Source of the DNA: an uncultured Flavobacteriales bacterium
GTDB taxonomy: Bacteria; Bacteroidota; Bacteroidia; CAIKAF01
Assembly (NCBI GenBank): GCA_903825395.1
Contig: CAIKAF010000005.1
Coordinates: forward strand, 82,755 to 146,754
Length of the DNA stretch: 64,000 bases
Direction of reading: 5' to 3'
In this document: in pieces, positions 59,772-64,000 of the stretch
How positions within the stretch are numbered: the first letter of the stretch is position 1
Layout: every line of letters starts with the position of its first letter
Made by a program: the position numbers and the translations under genes
Notes under the pieces: generated by a model
What the model saw: the letters and a program-made list of their open reading frames with translations, nothing else
What the model was told of the DNA's origin: nothing
The model's database searches: none

Positions 59772-60701
59772 CTAACTGGATAAAGTATGCCGATGCAGGA
59801 TTCTATACACCAATGCATACAATAGCGGGATATTTATCAGTCCAGCCAACAGAGCCTGCTTTTTATCAAAAAATTGAGGATGGATTTTAAGCAAATTCAA
59901 CAGGGCTGTTCGCTGTCGACTTCGAGTAAAATACCGATACAGGTAATCGGCATAATGCTGGGCCATTGGCGGATTAAATTTTTCATAAAAGGGTAGACTC
60001 TTAAGGCGAAGAGGCACCATATCTTCTTCCTTGACCGAGGCGTTCATTCCAGATTCGCTGCGGTGCCATTGGTATATTTCTCGGTCAATCCAGTATCCGG
60101 CAGCCCCGTTTAGGAGTGCCCTGCGCCAAAAATCAACATCCTGAACCGTATTTGAAAAGGCCAAATCGTAACCGCCTATGGCTTCCCACACCCTTTTTCT
60201 GCAGGGGCTTGTCCCCAATAATTTCCAATTTTCGCTAAGCTTAAACCCATTTAATCTGCCTCCGGGTTGACCGTTATCGGTTAGTTCTCCACACAAGACC
60301 AAATCCTGTGTCGATGTGGAGCCAAGAACACGGTAATTTCCATAAAAAAAATCAGCGTCCGGAAACTGTGAAATGGCAACCTTAAGATCGGAAATTGCCG
60401 TAGGCGGCAAACTATCATCGGCATCTAGGGGCACAACCCAGTCGATGGAATGCGCAAATCCGCTGTTTCTAGCGGCAGATAATCCTGCATTTTGTTTGTG
60501 TTCCACCCAAAGAAAACCCCGCTCATGGACGTACGATGTAGCCAGCGTTCTCGTTAGCTCATCACCCGCATCAAAAACAATAATGGTGGTAAAAAGGGAA
60601 TCGGTTTGAGCCAAAATTGAATCTATCGCTCTTTGCAGCAGCTTGCCTTCACGAAAACAGGTAAGAACGATAGAAATATGAGGTTCAACGCTCCTGGTCA
60701 T
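59772..60701 (-). CDS. GT2 glycosyltransferase
   Basis: GLSAARN, LDADD, GGYD and QDVDFW motifs. Confidence 0.88.
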   Translation of the reverse strand: MTRSVEPHISIVLTCFREGKLLQRAIDSILAQTDSLFTTIIVFDAGDELTRTLATSYVHERGFLWVEHKQNAGLSAARNSGFAHSIDWVVPLDADDSLPPTAISDLKVAISQFPDADFFYGNYRVLGSTSTQDLVLCGELTDNGQPGGRLNGFKLSENWKLLGTSPCRKRVWEAIGGYDLAFSNTVQDVDFWRRALLNGAAGYWIDREIYQWHRSESGMNASVKEEDMVPLRLKSLPFYEKFNPPMAQHYADYLYRYFTRSRQRTALLNLLKIHPQFFDKKQALLAGLINIPLLYALVYRILHRHTLSS

Positions 60702-61927
60702 CGAAGCTGTTCCTGTGGTATTTTAGTCAATGCATCAAAAACCTCTTTATAGGCTTGCAGACAGGTTTGAAGGCTAAATTTAGATGCAAAAGCAAGCCTG
60801 GCAAGGCGGCTGTGTTCGCTCCAACAATCCGGACTATCCAAATAGGTTTGAATGGCCATTACCAGCCCTTCCACCCGAGCCTTTCCGTTTGGGTCTGCCT
60901 GCAATAGCTGTCCGGCCAAACCCCATTCCGTGCTCAACATACTCGGAATTTCAGCCACCGGCAAGGCAATAACCGGCGTTCCGTAGGCCAGACTTTCGGT
61001 AATAGCATAGGGAAGGCTTTCTTGAAAATAGGAGGGCAGCAATGATGCATGGGCCGCGGCCAAAAGTGGGGCAGGATTGGACAAATACCCGAGCCAATTC
61101 ACCCCGGTAAGCCCTGCATACTCCTGTTTCAACGTTTCCATATATTCAGTTGGGGAGTATATGGCTTGGAGTTCTACTTGAATCTGTTTGGCATTAAGTA
61201 TTTGAATGGCTTGAAGCGCTTGTTCCCAACCCTTTTCCGGAATACCTCTGGCCATCATAACCAATTTTAAGGGCTTCTGATGGTCCGGTTTTTCCGGAAT
61301 ATCCCGTTGGGGCTCATACCCTAAATAAACTTTTTTGACAATGGTGTGGGGTGAAAGCGGTACATGCGCGTAGATATCCACATTGTCTTCTGCTGTGTAC
61401 AATATGGTATCCGTTTTCCCCAAAATGGCGGCAGCATGATTGATAAACTCTTTTTCACTTCCTAAAATTCCCCAGCGCACCCGATTGTATGAACTATGCT
61501 GGGTCAACACCCAAGGGAGGTTCACAAGCGGCTTCAATTGTTTGGCAACAAATGCATCTGAAGCCGAACTGTTGCTGTTTACCAAAACAATTCGATTTTT
61601 TTTTAATCGATGCTGCCAAGCCCGCTGCTCTTTGGCTTTCTTCAGTTTGAAGTAGGTATTGGTAAATCCAAAGGGACGCAACACCGCATTGGCTTTCCAA
61701 AACAGTTGGTCTGCCAAAGAGGCTTCCGGATACTGGTAGAGGGGGAATTCTTTCCAATGGCCGCCTTCGAAGAAAAAGCGCTGAAAATCAGCTTGATTGC
61801 TGCTGGGATTTAGTATCCCAATCCACGGTTGGTACTCGCCGCTTAGGCCTTCGCCAAGGCGCTTTAAAAACATTTCAGCCCCCCCCGCCTGCAAATCATT
61901 GATTAAATAAAGAATTCCCGGCTTCAA
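60698..61927 (-). CDS. GT4 glycosyltransferase; start uncertain (ORF track gives 61993)
   Basis: GGAEM, ARGIPEKG and ESLPYAITESLAYGTPV motifs. Confidence 0.88.
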   Translation of the reverse strand: MKPGILYLINDLQAGGAEMFLKRLGEGLSGEYQPWIGILNPSSNQADFQRFFFEGGHWKEFPLYQYPEASLADQLFWKANAVLRPFGFTNTYFKLKKAKEQRAWQHRLKKNRIVLVNSNSSASDAFVAKQLKPLVNLPWVLTQHSSYNRVRWGILGSEKEFINHAAAILGKTDTILYTAEDNVDIYAHVPLSPHTIVKKVYLGYEPQRDIPEKPDHQKPLKLVMMARGIPEKGWEQALQAIQILNAKQIQVELQAIYSPTEYMETLKQEYAGLTGVNWLGYLSNPAPLLAAAHASLLPSYFQESLPYAITESLAYGTPVIALPVAEIPSMLSTEWGLAGQLLQADPNGKARVEGLVMAIQTYLDSPDCWSEHSRLARLAFASKFSLQTCLQAYKEVFDALTKIPQEQLR

Positions 61928-62817
61928 TCCTGTTCTTGAATGGTTAACCACAGATTTTGAATCCCCTGTTTTAAGGTGGTTTTTGCCCGCCACCCCTCGG
62001 AAGCGGCCTTGCCTGGATCTAAACTCATGCGTCGAACATCAGAGGGATGGGCAGGTATTAACTCCCGTTTTAAGGGCACACCCGCTATCAATTCAACCTG
62101 CTCCAATACCTGAAACACCGAAACGGCTTCGCCGGAACAAACATTATAAACGCCGCGCATATTCTTTATTAATGCATATTCAACGAAATCCAGCAGGTCT
62201 TCCAAGAATAAAAAATCTTTGATTTGATTTCCGCCCCCTTGAAGGAAAAACAGATTTCTTGTGTAAGAAGCCTTTAACATGGAAAATACCACCCCTTGAC
62301 CTGTTCGGTGACCTTGACCAAAACCATAAATGGTAGATGGGCGTAAAATCAATGCCTTTAATCCTTGCAACTGATACCATTCTATCCAGGCCTCCGCATT
62401 TTTTTTTCCCACACCATAGGGGCTTATCGGGCGCAGCGGATGATCTTCTGAAGCTTGTCCCTTTTCAATTTCGCCATAAACGGCACCCCCACTTGAAAAG
62501 TAGATTAGTTTTATGCCTTTCTTTTGAAGATGCGGCAGAACATGCATCAGTGGCATTTCGTTTTCCTGTATTTCAAGAATGGGTTGGTCAAAAGAGGATT
62601 TGGGTAATGTAGAACATTGAAGGTATATGCAAACGTCAATTCCTTCCAACGCTCCTTCCCAGGCCGATGAACGTTGAGGAGGAGTGAAGTATTCTCCCAA
62701 AAAACCAGACGGGGGCCTCCATGGATCTATAACTATGCACTGAACTCCACCTTGAGTCAGTCTGTTCGCAAGGGCCGAACCTATAAATCCACTGCCCCCA
62801 ATCAACGCGATGCGCAT
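61924..62817 (-). CDS. NAD-dependent epimerase/dehydratase
   Basis: GGSGFIG, SSGGAVYG and YGVGK (YxxxK) motifs. Confidence 0.92.
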   Translation of the reverse strand: MRIALIGGSGFIGSALANRLTQGGVQCIVIDPWRPPSGFLGEYFTPPQRSSAWEGALEGIDVCIYLQCSTLPKSSFDQPILEIQENEMPLMHVLPHLQKKGIKLIYFSSGGAVYGEIEKGQASEDHPLRPISPYGVGKKNAEAWIEWYQLQGLKALILRPSTIYGFGQGHRTGQGVVFSMLKASYTRNLFFLQGGGNQIKDFLFLEDLLDFVEYALIKNMRGVYNVCSGEAVSVFQVLEQVELIAGVPLKRELIPAHPSDVRRMSLDPGKAASEGWRAKTTLKQGIQNLWLTIQEQD

Positions 62818-62822
62818 TCTAC

Positions 62823-63764
62823 TTAACCTCTGATTTTTTGCCTCCATACCAAAAACATATCGTACCATTCAGGGAAAAAAAGGGCATAAAACCATGTCTT
62901 TTTTTCCCGCCAAGTTTGGGGATTGTTCCCAAAAAAATGAAACTGGGCCAAGCGCAGGCGGCGCATGCTGAACCGAGGTAGCTCTTTAAACTTCCAAAGC
63001 AAGGCCGATTCCCGAAGAACATAAGCGCGAATAAACGTTCTGTATTCGCCTTTTGTATGGGTATCAAATTGGCAAAGCATCTCCAAGCGGTTTAAGGCCG
63101 CCAACCAAAAACGGTTTGCTTGTTTTGAAACTCCGCCGGGGTGCTGTCGATACACCGCCGGCTTCCCTGATATTTTCAATGCATAGCCATGGCGCAACAC
63201 TTCCAACTGCACTAGAACATCTATACTAAAGGCCTCAAAAAAGAAATTGGGCCATTCCCAGTTTTGACGGTTTCTAAATACCATGCTGCAGGTTGGGATG
63301 GAATGGTTCAGAATAGCTTCTTTAATTCCCGAACGTTCTTGTGGAAGAGGCGCATACGGAAACCGCCGAATTACGCCTTGTTCCAGCACTTCCACTTCAT
63401 GCCAACAAAGTTGAGCCTCGGGCTCGAACTCCAAGGCTTGAATCTGCCGCTGAAGCTTATTGGGGTCTGTCCAAAAATCATCGCCTTCGCACAAGGCAAT
63501 GTAAGCCCCTCTTGCCCGCGAAATGGTATCCAACCAATTGAAGGCTACACCTCCATTTTTATCTCTCAACAAGAGGTGAGCCTGTGGAAAATGGGTTTCT
63601 ACCCATTTCTGAATCAACGCAGGACTTTGGTCGGTTGAAGCATCGTCGCTAATCCACAATTCCAATTCAAATTGACCTTTCTGCATGGCAATGCCATTAA
63701 GGCAATCCAAAATAAAAGCGGATTGATTGTAACACAAGACCACCACGGAAACCCTTGGAATCAA
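62823..63764 (-). CDS. GT2 glycosyltransferase
   Basis: LCYNQ, DDASTD, CEGDDFW and YRQHPGG motifs. Confidence 0.92.
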   Translation of the reverse strand: MIPRVSVVVLCYNQSAFILDCLNGIAMQKGQFELELWISDDASTDQSPALIQKWVETHFPQAHLLLRDKNGGVAFNWLDTISRARGAYIALCEGDDFWTDPNKLQRQIQALEFEPEAQLCWHEVEVLEQGVIRRFPYAPLPQERSGIKEAILNHSIPTCSMVFRNRQNWEWPNFFFEAFSIDVLVQLEVLRHGYALKISGKPAVYRQHPGGVSKQANRFWLAALNRLEMLCQFDTHTKGEYRTFIRAYVLRESALLWKFKELPRFSMRRLRLAQFHFFGNNPQTWREKKTWFYALFFPEWYDMFLVWRQKIRG

Positions 63765-63774
63765 TTTCCTGTTT

Positions 63775-64000
63775 TTATGAATAATACGATTGCTTAGGAC
63801 TGTTTTTCCATTGTTCCAACCAGATTGACAAAACCATTATACCCCATTGGGCGGGGGCATCAAAGCGTCCCGTTTTGGTCTGTATTTCATGCCAACTCCG
63901 AACCAAATCCAAATCCAGCCAGTCCTTAAGCAGGCTGGTTGAATCATAAATGGAAGAGGTAAAAAGAGGCTTCAGCGAGCCTTGATTTATCCATTCTGTC
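63775..64000 (-). CDS. 3' end of a gene truncated by the window edge; resembles an AsnB-type amidotransferase C-terminus
   Basis: Manual translation TEWINQGSLKPLF...QWGIMVLSIWLEQW...* with TAA at 63775-63777. Confidence 0.6.
   Translation of the reverse strand, partial: TEWINQGSLKPLFTSSIYDSTSLLKDWLDLDLVRSWHEIQTKTGRFDAPAQWGIMVLSIWLEQWKNSPKQSYYS

Noticed and set aside
1..64000. tRNA, rRNA, transposase, integrase or prophage genes
   Set aside because: None recognised by eye or in the ORF track; a short tRNA could have been missed without tRNAscan

Overview
Bacteroidota-like genomic window (TAnnTTTG -7 promoter boxes, Flavobacteria-type act-cox operon; the taxon is an inference). Left third: a DUF1648-type membrane gene, a lemA-TPM-TPM operon, a five-gene uncharacterised envelope operon, then the alternative complex III operon (actABCDEF) with cytochrome c oxidase subunits II and I. 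Middle: methyltransferase, M23/LysM peptidase, acyl-CoA dehydrogenase, comEA-like and sprT-like genes. From about 25 kb to the window end lies a large surface-glycan biosynthesis and modification region: manC, gmd, fcl, many GT2/GT4/GT61 enzymes, three methyltransferases, a PIG-L deacetylase and four amidotransferase modules. Most notable: (i) a GT4-HisH-GT4 triple fusion upstream of HisF-like and WbuX-like genes, next to a tandem GT4-GT4 protein; (ii) a class II glutaminase fused to a WbuX-like domain; (iii) two dispersed hairpin repeat families, one with compensatory base changes and one whose split copy encloses a two-methyltransferase cassette; (iv) a 5 x 52-bp palindromic tandem array bracketed by a 36-bp direct repeat; (v) a membrane gene broken by one in-frame TAA. 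All family assignments come from motif recognition by eye; no searches were run.
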